NCBI GenBank assembly: GCA_013239625.1
Contig: MU053994.1
Span: 2,113,589-2,177,588, forward strand
Length of the DNA stretch: 64,000 nt
Direction of reading: 5' to 3'
Origin: Lama guanicoe
Lineage: Eukaryota
The notes under the pieces were generated by a model that saw only the letters and a program-made list of their open reading frames with translations, searched no databases and was not told where the DNA came from. Below, in pieces: positions 41,151 to 53,994 of the stretch. Numbering within the stretch: the stretch's first letter is position 1; the number at the start of each line of letters is the position of its first letter. Both the position numbers and the translations under genes were made by a program.

Positions 41151-41779
41151 CGTTTTTGCTAACTGTAATCAATATTCTGTATTGTGGCCAGAGAAGAAAC
41201 CAAGTTCAAGAGAGCAAGACAATTGTGGGCATGTGCTTCGGGAAAAGCACGGTGCCGGGTTTGCAGGGAGTGGCTCTGTAGTTCTGGTGAGAACTGAGAC
41301 CCAAGAAATTAGGAGAGTAAAGCATGAGGCCAGAGGAGTCATTATTGCCTGGAGAGGCCCGTGGGCTGCAAGCGTACAGGTTTTTGTCAAAGGAGCCAGG
41401 GTTCCTGGGTGTGCACGCTGGGGGCAGGCCTTGGACGTCCTATCCTTGCTAAATGCCATAGACTATCAGCCCCAGGAGATGAGAGAGGGGCCTCCTAGTC
41501 AAGACAGAGCAAAACAGAGCCCAAACCAGAACCTCCTTAGAGTACTTTGCCTGTTGCCCACCTCTTGGTCCTTACTTGGTGGTAAGAGAGCGAGACCATC
41601 TTTCTTCTCGAGATCCTCAGAAACCAGAAGAGTGGGTTCTGGTCACAGGTGACCTCGGGCAGTTGGAGTTCTTCTCTCAATTCTACGCCATTCAACTTTG
41701 AACCGTAACTGTGTCATTACGATGCATTTGATGGCAAAGCAAGTCTTTTTTAAGGATGAATAATTCCTCCGTGATAAAA

Positions 41780-42000
41780 ATAGCTACTGTTTATTGAGGG
41801 CCTTCGCTCTTTCCAGTTACTTTATTAGGTACATTTCCAAGTTACCTCACGTAAGCCCCCAAAATAACCCTCTGGGCGGGATATTATGATTCATATTTTA
41901 CAGCTGAGGAAACTGAAACTCACAATTGCCCTCGCAAAATATATAGCTAATCTGGCCGACTTTGGTGACAGGGATTCGATCTGACTCCAAAGCTGAGCTC
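41780..42000 (-). mobile_element. MIR SINE
   Basis: atagctactgtttattgagggc...tttacagctgaggaaactgaaactc. Confidence 0.7.
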
Positions 42001-42587
42001 TCTCCAGTGGAGTATATTGTCTCCCACACATACGCGCTGTTCCCCCAAACCTTAAACTATGTCTGGGATCAAATCCTACATAGCTTCTCCAATCATGTCC
42101 TTCTGAGGTCGTCTTGACAACTTGCCAACTACAGTAAATACCAGAAAAGGAGTCTGTTTCTTTCTGGGATCAGCAGGTCTCGGCTGATCTGTTGTGTTCA
42201 CCATGGGAACCTAAGAATTTATCATCTGAATGAAAAGTTGCCTTCCTCCCAGGTAAGCTTTGAAAAAGTATGGGACCAAGTTCAAGGGAAGGACTTCCTC
42301 CTCAGAACAAGTAGATTCTCTAGCTCTGTTTGAAAAGTTTCTCCACTTCCACCAATGCTAAATTGGGGCTCAGGGTTTGGGGAGATTATAAGCCGCCTTG
42401 CCCTTTCATACTTTTGGGCAAGGGTTTTTCCGGCTCTGGGCTTCGATAAAGATTATTCTGCTCTTGCCACAGAGAGAGCTGAAGCAGGGAAGAGATATAT
42501 CAGAAGAACCCACTACCCAGCCCTTCAGAAGCTCTTGAGCTTGGGGATGAGGAGGGCAACTAGCCTTTTTCAGCTCTTTGGAGAACA

Positions 42588-42755
42588 ATAGCTAGGATTT
42601 ATTAAGGGCTCACTATCCGCCAGGCACAGTTCTAAACATCTTATGTGCATTCATGATCTCATTTCATATAGAAAACTACACTATAATAAAGGTACTATTA
42701 TTATCCCCATTTCACAGATGAGGAAACTGAGGCTTGGAGGATCATTAACTTGCCT
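42588..42755 (-). mobile_element. MIR SINE
   Basis: aatagctaggatttattaagggctcactatccgccaggcacagttctaa...attatccccatttcacagatgaggaaactgaggct. Confidence 0.85.
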
Positions 42756-44118
42756 GCCTGCCTGGACACTCATTGCCCAATTCCTAGAGCCTCAACTTTG
42801 ATCCATGCAAGTCTTCCGACTTTCCAGGCACCTGTGGTCAACATCATTACTCTGCCAATTCCACAGGCTCGTCACGATTGGGTGCTTTATTCGGATCTAA
42901 AGGAAATGGTCTTCACTCCATCCTGGCACGCCAGCGATGTCCCCTGAGGACATGACAGCAGTGCATTTGTCCCGAAGGTCCCTCTAAGATGCCTCCTGTG
43001 TTCTGTGGCTTTCCCAGATACAGCCCATTCTGGGCGAGCGGAAGCTCCGGGTTGATCCCCGTGACCGAGCGTGGTCATCCCTGGCCTGCTGTCTTTGACA
43101 AAGCACGCTGGTCAGGGGGTGGATGCCCTTGCCGGTTCAATACCAGTGGCTGCGCCGGGACCTTCCTGACCTGCTGGCTGGCACAGGGAGCGTGGAGGAG
43201 GGAAGATCAATCTCCAAGATAATTTAGGTTCTGTCTTTCTTCAAACCAGCCTCTGTCCTCTGCTCTAGGTCTGGCGGCTATGATTAATGCGCCACTGAGT
43301 ATTTCCTCTCTTCAGCTTCTCCCTGGCTTTGGGGTTTATTTTACAGCCGTTGCCAGAGTTTCTCCTCAGCAGAGAGTAAATACTCAGAGATTGGAGCCCA
43401 GCCCTTGGTGTTACTCAGACAGCGTCCCGGGCGGCGGGTGGCACTGGGCCATTCCTGAAGTAGGTGATGCTGTTGCTCAGGGTTCAGCGCTCACCCACCA
43501 CCTCCACCAATGGAAGCCTAATCTTTTTAATTATTCTGGAAATACCAAAACTAAGGATTGCAGGGAAGGCAATTAATAGGATTCATACGGTCTCATCCTC
43601 ATTTGTAATTATATATTATTATTTTTCTCCCTACTTTGTTCCAATAATGATTTAAGGCTGCTTCCAAAGATACACAAAGCCCAGCAAAGATAAATAGAAG
43701 GAGTGGGACATGAATTATAATGTCATGCCCGCTCACAACCTCTGTGCCCCATTCCACATAATAGAACTGAATTCATAACGCCTGTCAAACATGAGGTAAT
43801 TCTGCTTTTTTGGTGACAACACTAGGCTCTTTGTAAAGCAAGGGGTTGGTACACAGTAATGAAAGGACCGGGGAAGGCACAAGAGATCCCATTTCTCATG
43901 CTGGCTCCCTCAGATATGACCTTGGACAAGTCACTCATCCTCTCTGGACTTTGGGTTCTGAAATTCTCAAATGTCTCTGCCCATCTCTGAGGCCCCTCCT
44001 CCCTCCCTCCCACACCCATCACCACCATCACTCAGGCAGAAGCCGGTACTGCCCATCTGGCATGAGGCCCCCTAGGAATTACTATTAGAGAGATGGGTTC
44101 TCAGGAAGCTTGCTCGTT

Positions 44119-44129
44119 CGCGCGCGCGC

Positions 44130-44201
<72 letters not shown>

Positions 44202-44203
44202 AC
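44119..44203. repeat. Compound microsatellite (CG)5(CT)11(CA)22
   Basis: Directly visible. Confidence 0.95.
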
Positions 44204-44714
44204 AGAAACATCTTCACAGACACTGAAACAATGCAACTTGAATTGTCTCTTCCCCTAAGGCAAGGACTCCCAATCTTTAGCTAAAGAGAGACTTCCAGGA
44301 GCTGGGCTAGCATGGAGAACATCCTTCTGGGATGTAGGGACTCACGGCCCTCCAGACCTTCTCTCTCTCCCTCCCTCAGGCGTGAGCTACTTTCCTTCCT
44401 CCTCTTGCAGTTCAAGACCTCAGAACCTGGCCTGACTCGCTAGATGCAGTCACAGCTGGCCTTCACTGCCTCCTAACCACATCTTCCACTTTGTTTATCC
44501 CTTGCAGCACCTGACACGATGCTTTGCATATTATTTGCATAAAACACCCAGTGTACTCCCCTCCCCCACCCAAAGTCACCATCACCCCTCTACTGCCTCT
44601 ATGAGGGCTCCTCCAAGTTTTTCTTGAAGGATTCTGCAGGCCAGAGGAGCTCCCGAGGCTCAGCTCTCATCATTTGCCTCAAGTGGGAGGCCACTGGGAA
44701 AGACCGTTTTTTAA

Positions 44715-45060
44715 AAATACAAGCCCGCCTGGAAAGCACACACACAGTAGGATTCCATTTACATCAAGTTTTAAAGTGGCCAAAACCAATCTAAGGTGTC
44801 AGAAGTCAGAGGAGGGGCGACCATGGAGGAAGGGGGACAAAGAGGAGGGGCATACCCCTTGGGAGGGGGCACAACAGGGGCTTCGGGGGGGGGGCTGGGC
44901 ACACTCTGCACCTCCATCTGGATGCTGGCCACATGGTGTGCTCAGCTTGTAAAGATTCATCAAACTGTACACTTAGGATTTATACACTTTTCTGTCCGTG
45001 TGCCACACTTCAGTAGAATGTTAACAAAATTAAAAATACAATAAATTAAAAATATATATA
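44715..45060 (+). mobile_element. Ancient L1M 3' end fragment
   Basis: aggattccatttacatcaagttttaaa...aaaaccaatctaaggtgtcagaagtcag...tcatcaaactgtacacttaggatttatacactttt plus A-rich end. Confidence 0.75.
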
Positions 45061-45939
45061 AATAAACAAACTGGAGAAGAAAAGGGCTTATAATTGCACA
45101 CGGGCTCTGGGCAAGAGACCTGGCACCAGAATCTGGGCAGGAGGCCTGGCACCAGAGAAGGGAACACGCTGGGTGGAGTGGGGGTGGGAGGGGAGGGCAG
45201 TGAGGATGCTCTAGAGACAGCCAGGAAGCGTGGTTTAAAATCACAGGAACAGAAGCAAACTTTCTGCTCCATGATAGAGGCAAGTCATTGAGAGGGATGT
45301 ACCAGGCAGCTGTGCCACATTCAGGGTGAGGACTCCCAGTGTGGCTTCGCAGCTGTCCTGCCCATGGCCCAGGACTCCAGAGAGAGAGAGAGCAGAAAGC
45401 CGGTGGCGTTAGCTGATGGCGAAGCCCCCTGATCCTGCCTTTTCTCCCATCTTCCTCTCCTCTGCAGGCACTTCCTTCCACGCCAGCCAAACTGGACTTT
45501 TCATTCTCCCCTGAACAGGCAGAGCCTTCCCCCATCACTGCCCATGAATGTTTCCCTCCAGGAACTCCTTTCCCCCTTCTTTCCTCTAACCCTGCTCCTT
45601 CTCCCTGGTTCGCACCAGCCACCTGGTCATGACACCCAGTTCCACAGAAAATGCAGTCCAGGGACCTGTGAGTCACCTCTGACCTCTCCGACCATCTCGC
45701 GCCTTCAACTTGACCCATCTCCAAATCCCGTTTTCTTTCCTCTGCACAGCTGTCCAAGTATCCATTCTCTTTGCATCCAGCACCTGCCCAGCACATTCTC
45801 TTGCCTAAGCCCTGACAATGACCTCCTGACAGGTCCCCATCGTCAGCTCCTGCCCCTCTGCCATCCATTTCTGGCACAGCAGCCAACAGTGATGACCATC
45901 CCCACAAATGTTGGCCACTGCTGGATACCAGATGCCCTT

Positions 45940-46390
45940 GCCGGGCACTCAGCACACCCTGGGGAGCAAAATGGATGCCTGTCCTTGAGGTGCTTATATT
46001 CCAGCAAGAGAGAGATGGATGATAAAAAATAAAGGTAATAGGTCATAAAATTACCTTGGATGGTAGACAATGATACGCATCATGGAAAGAAAGGCGGGAG
46101 CAGGTAAGGACCGGAGGACAGTGGGTGGGGAGAAGGTTGTAAGATTCAGGGGTGGTTAGGGGAGCCCTCTTTGAGAAGGTGAGATGTGAGTGAAGACTCC
46201 CAACAAGGTGAGAGAGTAAGCTAAGAGAATTTCTGGAGGAAGAGGGTTGCAGGCAGAGGCATAGCCACTGCAAAGGCCCTGTGGTGGGAGAGCGAGCGCC
46301 TGCAGTGTATAAGGAAGAATCAGGATTCCTATGTGGCCAGAGTGTAAAGCAGGAAGATGGATCAGACAGGTAATAGAGACCAGTTCCTGG
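45940..46390. mobile_element. L2 LINE fragment
   Basis: tgaggtgcttatattccag...gagaaggtgagatgtgagtgaagact...gcagaggcatagccactgcaaaggccctgtggtggga. Confidence 0.75.
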
Positions 46391-46719
46391 AGCCAAAGCA
46401 ATGATACTCCCACAGCTTTCACTATTGAGATGAAGATGAAAACCCTCAGCCAGCCCACCAGGCCCTGTCCTTCAGACCTTGGCTCTTGGCTTGTTTCCAG
46501 CCCCTTCCCATACCTGGGCCATCCCAGGAGCCTGCTAAGATCCGTCTTCCCTCCACCCACTTTGCCTAGTCATTCAGAGCTCTATCCAAACAGCATTTCC
46601 TCTAAGACACGTTCCCCGAACCAGGTTAGTCCCCCAGCTTCACCCTCTCAAACCGCCTGGCCCTTCCCTGCACCACAGGCCTCACCAGTTCACGGCAATC
46701 CATCATTAAGTGTATAATT

Positions 46720-47105
46720 AGTTCATTTAGTTCAGCGCATCTCTGACAGGTGTTTACTCTGTGCCAAGCACTGTCCTGGGTGCCAGGGCACCGAGGAGAA
46801 CAGGACTGACAAGGTCCCTGTCCTGAGGGAGACAGACCATAAACACAGAGCAAATAGAGAGGATAACTTCAGATGATGACACGCGCTACCAAGAAGATGA
46901 ACTGGGCCAGTGCGGCTGCGGGGGGCGAGGATGGCAAGGAAAGTCTCATCTCTGGCATGACTTCTGAGCTGAGAGGAGGCCAGCTGTATGGAGATGGGGG
47001 AAAGAGAGCTCCAGGCAGCTGAAGGGCAAGTGTGCAGGTCCTGGTGTATGACTGCCCTTGAACTATTTGAGCAAGAGGACGGCTGGTGTAGCTGGAGCTA
47101 GAAGG
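46720..47105. mobile_element. L2 LINE fragment
   Basis: ttcatttagttcagcgcatctctgacaggtgtttactctgtgccaagcactgtcctggg...ggcaagtgtgcaggtcctgg. Confidence 0.75.
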
Positions 47106-49726
47106 GCAGTCCCACGAGACCCAAGACCCTCCGTGGCTCCATCTTCTGTGCTTGCTCCCAGCTGCCACTCACAGCGTTTGTTGAATGAAGGAGTAGATAT
47201 TTCACTTTTCCTTCATTCCCACTTTGTCCAAGAACTCTGCCCAGCCCCCTCCAGAACTCCAAGAACACTTCCTCCCCTAAACCAAAACCTTGGAACCTTC
47301 GCTTGAGATCCTTGGATGGTCAGCTTGGGGCTCGGCATCCCCTTGAAGTGGTGCAAAAATGGGGGCCTTGGTACCTGTGTCCATTCTTCTAGGGGCATGT
47401 GCATCAAGTCCAGAGAGAACTGAATCTCAAAAACATTTATGAAACAGTGACCTAAACCCCTGGCTTTCAAGATACAGTAACTGAGGTCTAGAGGATGGAC
47501 CGTGTATCCCAGGCTCCCCATCAGGCCATGAGATCCATTCCATCTTGCTGCAAGAAGCCAGGGTGGGCTCTCTCGTTGGTACTTGCAGCCTCACAGCCTC
47601 ATGTGTGGTGGCTTGCCACGGGGTCCTTCAGGATGGTTGTCCTTGCTTGAATCTGTAACATACCCTAACTCTCTTGCGACAGGTCGCTGTCCTCTCTCCT
47701 CTGATTATGCATTCCTGGAGGGCAGGACAGGCGTGTTGGATTTTTAAAACGTTACTTGACCTTACTCTGTCCCTCTGTGTCCACACACTTCTGACTGAGG
47801 GACTTGAGCACTGGCTGCTCAGTAAGCTCGTTTCTCCCACCCCTGAAGGACCACGGCAGCCGCCACTCGGGGCATTCACCGGCTTGTAGTCAGGCCTGTG
47901 GCCAAATATTCTTAGCAGCCTTCAGCTGACCATCCCGAGCATCTCAACTCTCCTGTCACCAGGGCTTAGATCCTTCACCGCCAGGGCTGAGATGCTCTCT
48001 ATTTCCAAGCAGACAACTCAGAGCCTAGAGTAAAGGGAAGTGCGCTCCTTTTAAAGGCCTGCAGCCTAGCGTCACACTTAGCCAGCTGCTGTCCACTGCC
48101 GCCCGGGCCAGACTGTTGGGAGCACGCGTTGTGACTTAGCAGACCTGCTCGGCGCGGCAGGAACGCTCGGCCACAGCAGGGCGGTGAGCACGGCTGACCT
48201 CTTTCCCGGGCCCCAGGGCAGCTCTGAGGTCGGGGACATCTCAGACCCTGGCTGACCTTCCTTTCTATGGGTCAAAGGCATCCACTGCGAGTCAAGCAAC
48301 AACTTAAATTTTGGCCCTTTCCTGAAATCCCTGGGTGAATTCCCCTTCGGGATGAACCTGCTTCTCCCACTCCGGAGGGGACGTCACATTTGGCCTGCCA
48401 CCAAGATGTACGTGCAGTGGTGGGGGTGGGGATAAGGGTTGAGAGAGGGCCTTGGGGACCCTCCAGCAGGGCACTGTGGGTGGGGAGGGCGGTGTAGAGT
48501 CAGTAAGGGAGCTCCAGTCAGTTACACATGTTTGGGGGTGAAGGTTTCCGCACACTCGCCATCTGCCCACAATGGTGTTCAGAGGCAGGACACGTCCAAG
48601 AGCCCTGCAGAGCTGCAGCCCTGGCAGTGGGTGTTGGCTTTGTCAGCCTCTTCTGTTGGGCTGCCACCACCGCCATGTCCCTGCACTGCCAGCCCATCAG
48701 AGCCGCACGTAATATGTCCCTTGACCTCCCCGGACTCCATGCCTTTTCTTCTGGTTTCCTTCCAATACTTTCTCATTTCCCTCGGGGTGGCTGGACCTGC
48801 AGCTGTGTCTTACTTTCCTCTGTCCATTAGGCTCTGGAAGTGCAGGGACATAGCCTGGGAGGAGATGTGGGCTGGAGCGCAGGTCAGCTCCCTGGTAGGG
48901 GTGTGTGTGGAAAGGGGTTCCCTCTCCCTCCGAGCATCACTGTTCCACCAATCCACAGTCAGGTTCAATGTCAAAACCCTGCGTCTTTGAAGGTGCCACG
49001 CGGTGAGGAAAGGCAGCTGTGGAATGGATCCGAGGAAGGGGCAGGGGTCTCGGGAGGGGGGACAAATAAGCACCAGAGAAGCTGTGATAGGAGAAACCTT
49101 CCGAACCGCCCCCCCTACATTGCGCTATTTTGGGATTTGAGGACTGGGGGGGAAGTGCTGAGCCAGGGGATTAAGGGGACCACTCTGAAATCAATTCTAT
49201 TCTACAAACGCTTATTAAAGACCCTCTATGGATAAGTCAGGTGTTATGGGAACTACACTGCCCTGAGAAAGACACCCCGGGGAACCTCGGGGGAAGTGCC
49301 AGGCCAGAAGGAAGATGAAGGGGTTTGTGTAGGGGGTGGGCCGTGGGGGTGATAAAGACAGGTGGGGCCCACCTGGCTTGTCCTGTTCTGGGAGGCTGTC
49401 CACATAGTCCGCTCAAAGCCGGGTGAGCCGGTGGCACACGCAGGTGAGGTCCCGGCCGCCTGCTGTGCACCCAGCAGGGATGTGCTGGGGCAGCAGCCTT
49501 GGGGGAGGTGTGTGTTTGCTGGAGAGAGTGAGTCTGGAGGGTTTAAGGGAGCCTAGAGTTGGCGTTTTTCCTCACTAACCTCACAACGGGCAGGTAATAA
49601 AAGAGCAGAAATAGTAATACCAGCAGCTGGCACGTCTGAGCATTTGCTACGGTCGGGCACTGCATGGGCTTCTGTCCTAGATTACAGATGGCCGAGATTT
49701 CTTCGTAGCTCCTCCCACCAAAGGGG

Positions 49727-49998
49727 TGTGTTCTGGACTGAAATGTGTCGTCCCACCCACCTGCCCAAAATCTCTGTTTTGGAGTCCTGACTCCTCCTGG
49801 TTCAGAATGTGACTGTATTTGGAGTTAGGGTCTTTGAAGAGGTAATTAAGTTAAAACGTGGTCATCAAAAGTGAGGTCACATAGATGGGCCCTAATCCAA
49901 TCTGACTGGGGTCCTGATAAACCAAGGAAATACAGACACAGACACACACAGAGTGCAGACCATGTGAGGACACAGACAGAAGGTGGCCATCTACAAGT
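49727..49998 (+). mobile_element. MLT1A/B-like MaLR LTR fragment (nested)
   Basis: tggactgaaatgtgtc...cagaatgtgactgtatttggagttagggtctttgaagaggtaattaagttaaa...gggccctaatccaatctgactggggtcct...ccatgtgaggacacag...gaaggtggccatctacaag. Confidence 0.8.
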
Positions 49999-50348
49999 CT
50001 CCTCAGGTGCAGGCTCCATTCCCTCCCCTAGAAGCTGGGCTGGCCTGGTGACTTGCTCTGACTGACAGAACGCGGCAGAAGCGATAACTGTGTGACTTCT
50101 GAGACAAGGCTTTAAGAGACCTCGCGGCAACCTCCTTCACCCGCTCAGGCAGTTCTGAAAATGCCACATAAGGAAGCCAGTCTTGTGTATTAGAGGATTT
50201 GAGGTGACAGGGTAGAGAGCCACCGTTCACCCTAGCTGGGATCTGGCACTAACTACCAGACTGTGCGTGAGGCCATCTTAGGCCTCCTCTGAGGTGAGTG
50301 ACTTGCATGAATGAGCCCTGCCAACCCACCCAACAAATCATTGTCATT

Positions 50349-50486
50349 TTATTATTATTACTATTATTGTTTTTTGGGAGGAGGTAATTAGGTTTATTTA
50401 TTTATTTTAATGGAGATACTGGGGATTGAACCCAGGACCTCATACATGCTAAGAACATACTCTGCCACTAAGCTCTACCTTCCCCC
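50349..50486 (-). mobile_element. tRNA-derived SINE (camelid-type), full length
   Basis: Minus strand GGGGGAAGGTAGAGCTTAGTGG (A-box-like)...GGTTCAATCCC (B box)...AATAAATAAATAAACCTAATTACC then A/AAT tail; attgtcatt repeated at 50340-50348 and 50491-50499 (TSD-like). Confidence 0.85.
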
Positions 50487-50949
50487 TGAAATTGTCATTG
50501 TTTTAAGCCATGATGTTTCAGAGTGTTTTGTTACACAGCAATGGCAAACTAATGTATCTCGTTGAAACATACTGTCGAAAGGTTACCATCCAAAAGTTTT
50601 AGAAGAAAGTTTATGTTTTCCTGACTATTGGGCAAAGCCCTCTATTAAATGGGAAAAACCTTTACCTAGAACTATTTCATCCTTCAGCTACCTCTGGCTT
50701 GACCCCGCACTATGTCTGCGCCTGCAGTTTCCAATTCTGGGGCACAGCATGGGGTACCTCTCAAGAGGTAAAGGGGGCAGGGAGTGCTCTCCCTGAATCA
50801 TCAAGGGAGAAGAAGACCACCATTTCTTTACCCGCCAACAAGCGGCTGCCTAGGCCAGTCAAATCCCTGGAGGTCTCAAGTCCCCAGATATCATTTAATC
50901 AGGCACCTTTTGGATACACAGAAGTAGAATCACTATGGAGATAGCCACC

Positions 50950-51150
50950 ATTACTTTAGCTTCTACTAAGTACTAGGTGCATAGTCAATGCATTCTCTTA
51001 TTTAATCTTCGTGGAAGGATGGTCAAAACAAGTCACTAATCACAATTATTACCCTCTTGTGGCTGAGGAAACAGAGTCAGAGAGGTTAAGTAGCTCTACT
51101 CAGGTCACAAAGCTAGTGGGCCTGGACTTGCAAACTGGTCTTTCCTCTCC
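50950..51150 (-). mobile_element. MIR SINE
   Basis: gctgaggaaacagagtcagagaggttaagtagctctactcaggtcacaaagctagt. Confidence 0.7.
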
Positions 51151-52943
51151 TCCAAGGCTAGATACATAAGAAGAATGGGGATTTTTCCCTGAGTGAAGAG
51201 AAAGATGAGGAGCTGGTCTATGAGGAGGAGCCAGACCAGGTTTGTAAGGGAGAACCAGGGTGGAGCCACCAGGAGATGCCTCCGGGAGCAGGTGAGGCAG
51301 TCAGAAGCCGGAGGAGCTGCGAGGCCTTGGGGAGGAGGGGATGGGGTGGGGGTGGGAAGCCCTTCCACGGTCCTTATGTGGGGGCAGGAAGGGGCCTACA
51401 GAACCCACCCCTGCAGCAGGCTTTGCCCCTCCACCACCCTTCCTCCTGGCTCCTGCTGGCTTCTCCTCCAGGTTGACTCCAGCCTGGGCAACTCCCCAGG
51501 TGCCCCTCCCTCCTTCCCTCCCTCCTGCTTATGCAAATCTCTAACCAGAGAAGACCGACTTGATTAAGGGTTGACTGTGTGCTTATCTGCACACCCTCAT
51601 TCCATCCTCATGGCCACCCCCATTTTACAGAGGGGGAAACCAAGACACGGAGCTGTGAGAGGGTCAGCAGCCTGCAGTGTGGCCGAGCCTCGTTACTCCG
51701 TGCAGGAGTCCTCTTTTGGCCTCCCCAGTCCTCCAGGACCTGCCGGGCCATGGATCCCCGAGGCGCTTACACACGTGCATTATTCACTTGGGCACGTGGT
51801 GTGTATTCATCAGTTTGCTCTCCTTGGCCGGCATCACGGAAGCAAGTGGACCATTTCTTGCCCTCAGTGCGGTGTCGGGCACATAGATGGAGCTGAGTAA
51901 TGTGAACTCTGGTGGCTAAATTGTGGCATGGCTGCGCAGACTCCTCCCTCCCCCTACCCCGCTCTGAACAACACAGTTGCCTGATGTGAGGCTGATGGGG
52001 GAAGTGAGGGAGCCCCAGAAGGAAAGGCAGGACGACCAGAAAGAGCATCTTCCTCAGACTGCCCAACACAGGCCACAGCGCCTTTTTCCAGAATAAGAGT
52101 GTGAGCCCGAGGGGTCAATGGACCCCTACCTCAGAGAGACCTCAACCAGCTTCCCAAAGGACAGCTCATCTCAGCAGGCGCGTAACAGCAACTCCCTCTC
52201 TTGTCCTGCCTTCCCAGGGTGCCCGTTGGGCAAATCCTACCCACTCAGGCACCAACTGGAACCCAGCCTCCCTTTTAACGCTGCTTTATCCAGAGGCACC
52301 CTTGAAAGCTGCTCCGGAAGGCAAGCCATCCCCCACTTTCCCCTGGGAGCCTGGGAGCTGGCCCCAGTGGGCTCCTTTTGACCTCAGCTCCCCGACTCTC
52401 TCCAGACCTGGGGTGAAGAAAGCAAGGGCAGAGGCGGACCACACCCACAAGAGCCGCTCTTCGATCGCCTTCAGTTCAGCTGTCACTCGGCTCACCATCC
52501 CTACACACATGGGCCTCCCGAGGGCCCCACACCAGGGTGTCTGTCCTGGTGACATTGTGCCTTCAGCCAGTGTTCCCATTTGGAGCCCAAGAATGTTCCA
52601 GTTGAGCCCAAGCACATGGTCAGGGCTGATATGGGGTCTCCGGGACGCATGAGAGACCTTGTGTACCCAACAACCCCCATCGGGGAGTCAGACAGCTCCC
52701 CTCTGCCGCCCTGTACTAACTATCCAAAGGAACTGAAAATGACTAGGAACTGAGAAAGATTGTCCCTTCACCCCATCCTTGAAGCCCAGTAGACATGAAC
52801 AGTTGCAGCTGGAAACCTGGCACCTGGCACTGACTTTGCCCTCGGAGCTCCTGGGCCTAAACTAGAAGAGGATGAATTCGCGTTCGTCCGGTGCTTCAAA
52901 GACATCATCTCAACTTAATCCTCACAAGGACCCCATGAGATAC

Positions 52944-53390
52944 CGTGGCAGTTTGAAACACATCTGTGGGTTATTTGACACTCTTCCCACCAAGAGCTGG
53001 GAGTGATGCTCCCACTCCTAGAAATCTGGATGGGCTCGTGACTGCTTTGAACGCAACAGAAAAAGGGCCATGCAGCTTTCTCCTGGCTCTCTTGGGGCAC
53101 CCATTCTGGGACAAGCTAAAAAGATGTCAACGGCCACGCTGGGGGGTGGGGGTCACAGGTAGATGCCCCAATTGATGGCCCGGGTGACCTCCCAAACAAT
53201 GGCCGGCAGCAACTGAGAGCCAGGTGAGCGCGCATCTTGGACATCCTTCAGACAGCTGCAGCCCCGTGGATATCTGACTGCAGCTCCAGAACAGCGCCAC
53301 CCAGCTGAGCCCTTCCCAGAATTCCTGACCCACAGAACTGTGACCAAAATACAACAGTTTTAGGGGCGAAATAATTTGTTGATAAATGAC
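52944..53390 (+). mobile_element. Old MaLR LTR (MLT1-type)
   Basis: tttgacactcttcccaccaagag...gggctcgtgactgctttga...ccagctgagcccttcccagaattcctgacccacagaactgtga...gttttagggg...atttgtt. Confidence 0.7.
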
Positions 53391-53419
53391 CAACAAGGTC
53401 TGAGGTAATGTGTTGCACC

Positions 53420-53545
53420 AAAACCAGATCCAGAGTGTGGTTCCCACTTCACAGAGGAGGAAACTGAGGCTCAGGGGGTTGAGTGACTTGTCCGTGGTCA
53501 CACCCCTGGTAAATGTAAGAGCTGAGATTCCAACACTGTCTCTCT
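53420..53545 (-). mobile_element. MIR SINE
   Basis: cacagaggaggaaactgaggctcagggggttgagtgacttgtccgtggtcacac. Confidence 0.8.
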
Positions 53546-53632
53546 AGGTCCACAACATTATATCACAGACTTCCTGACCGTGCCCCCCAAGACATTTGTT
53601 CACTGCCTAGAAGAGAACATTCTTTCCAGAAC

Positions 53633-53780
53633 CAGCTAGTTTCCAAACCTGGCTGTGGGTCAGCGTCAGCTGTGGTAAGGGTTAAGGACAGAGATTTCCA
53701 GGCCCCACCCCAGGCCTACTGAGTCAGGCCAGGAACCTGCATTCTACGCTGACACCCCAGGTGACACTGAGGCAGTCGGT
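53633..53780. mobile_element. MER5-like hAT DNA transposon remnant
   Basis: gtttccaaacctggctgt...acagagatttccaggccccaccccaggcctactgagtcag...ccaggaacctgcatt...accccaggtga. Confidence 0.65.
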
Positions 53781-53922
53781 GAGTGAACCAACCAATGGGC
53801 CCTGCTGCTCTCAGCCTGTTTATTATAGACAATTCGAGGAGACCAGCAAGCTCTTCTTCAAAATGTACTGTCAGGAAATCACTCGCTCATATTTGCTCAT
53901 CTGGTTAAATTGAGACTTTCTT

Positions 53923-53994
53923 TTTTTCAAAATTGTCAGTGGAAGTACTGGGGATTGAACCGAGGACTCTACCACTGAGCTATTACCCTCCCCC
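53923..53994 (-). mobile_element. tRNA-derived SINE (camelid-type) with internal deletion
   Basis: Minus GGGGGAGGGTAATAGCTCAGTGGTAGAGTCCTCGGTTCAATCCCCAGTACTTCC; degenerate 17-bp TSD (14/17 identical) at 53906-53922 and 53997-54013. Confidence 0.8.

Larger units (their letters stand above)
49673..50556 (+). mobile_element. Old MaLR LTR (MLT1F/G/H-like), interrupted by two younger insertions
   Basis: 5' tgtcctagattacagatggccgagatttcttcgtagctcctccca; middle gggctggcctggtgacttgctctgactgacagaa; 3' ttttaagcca...gttttgttacacagcaatggcaaactaa. Confidence 0.7.

Noticed and set aside
44960..45955. 331-aa minus-strand ORF
   Set aside because: Runs across decayed L1/L2 fragments with no domain-like content.
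50410..53994. tRNA genes
   Set aside because: The A/B boxes belong to SINE heads with tails and TSDs; no cloverleaf.
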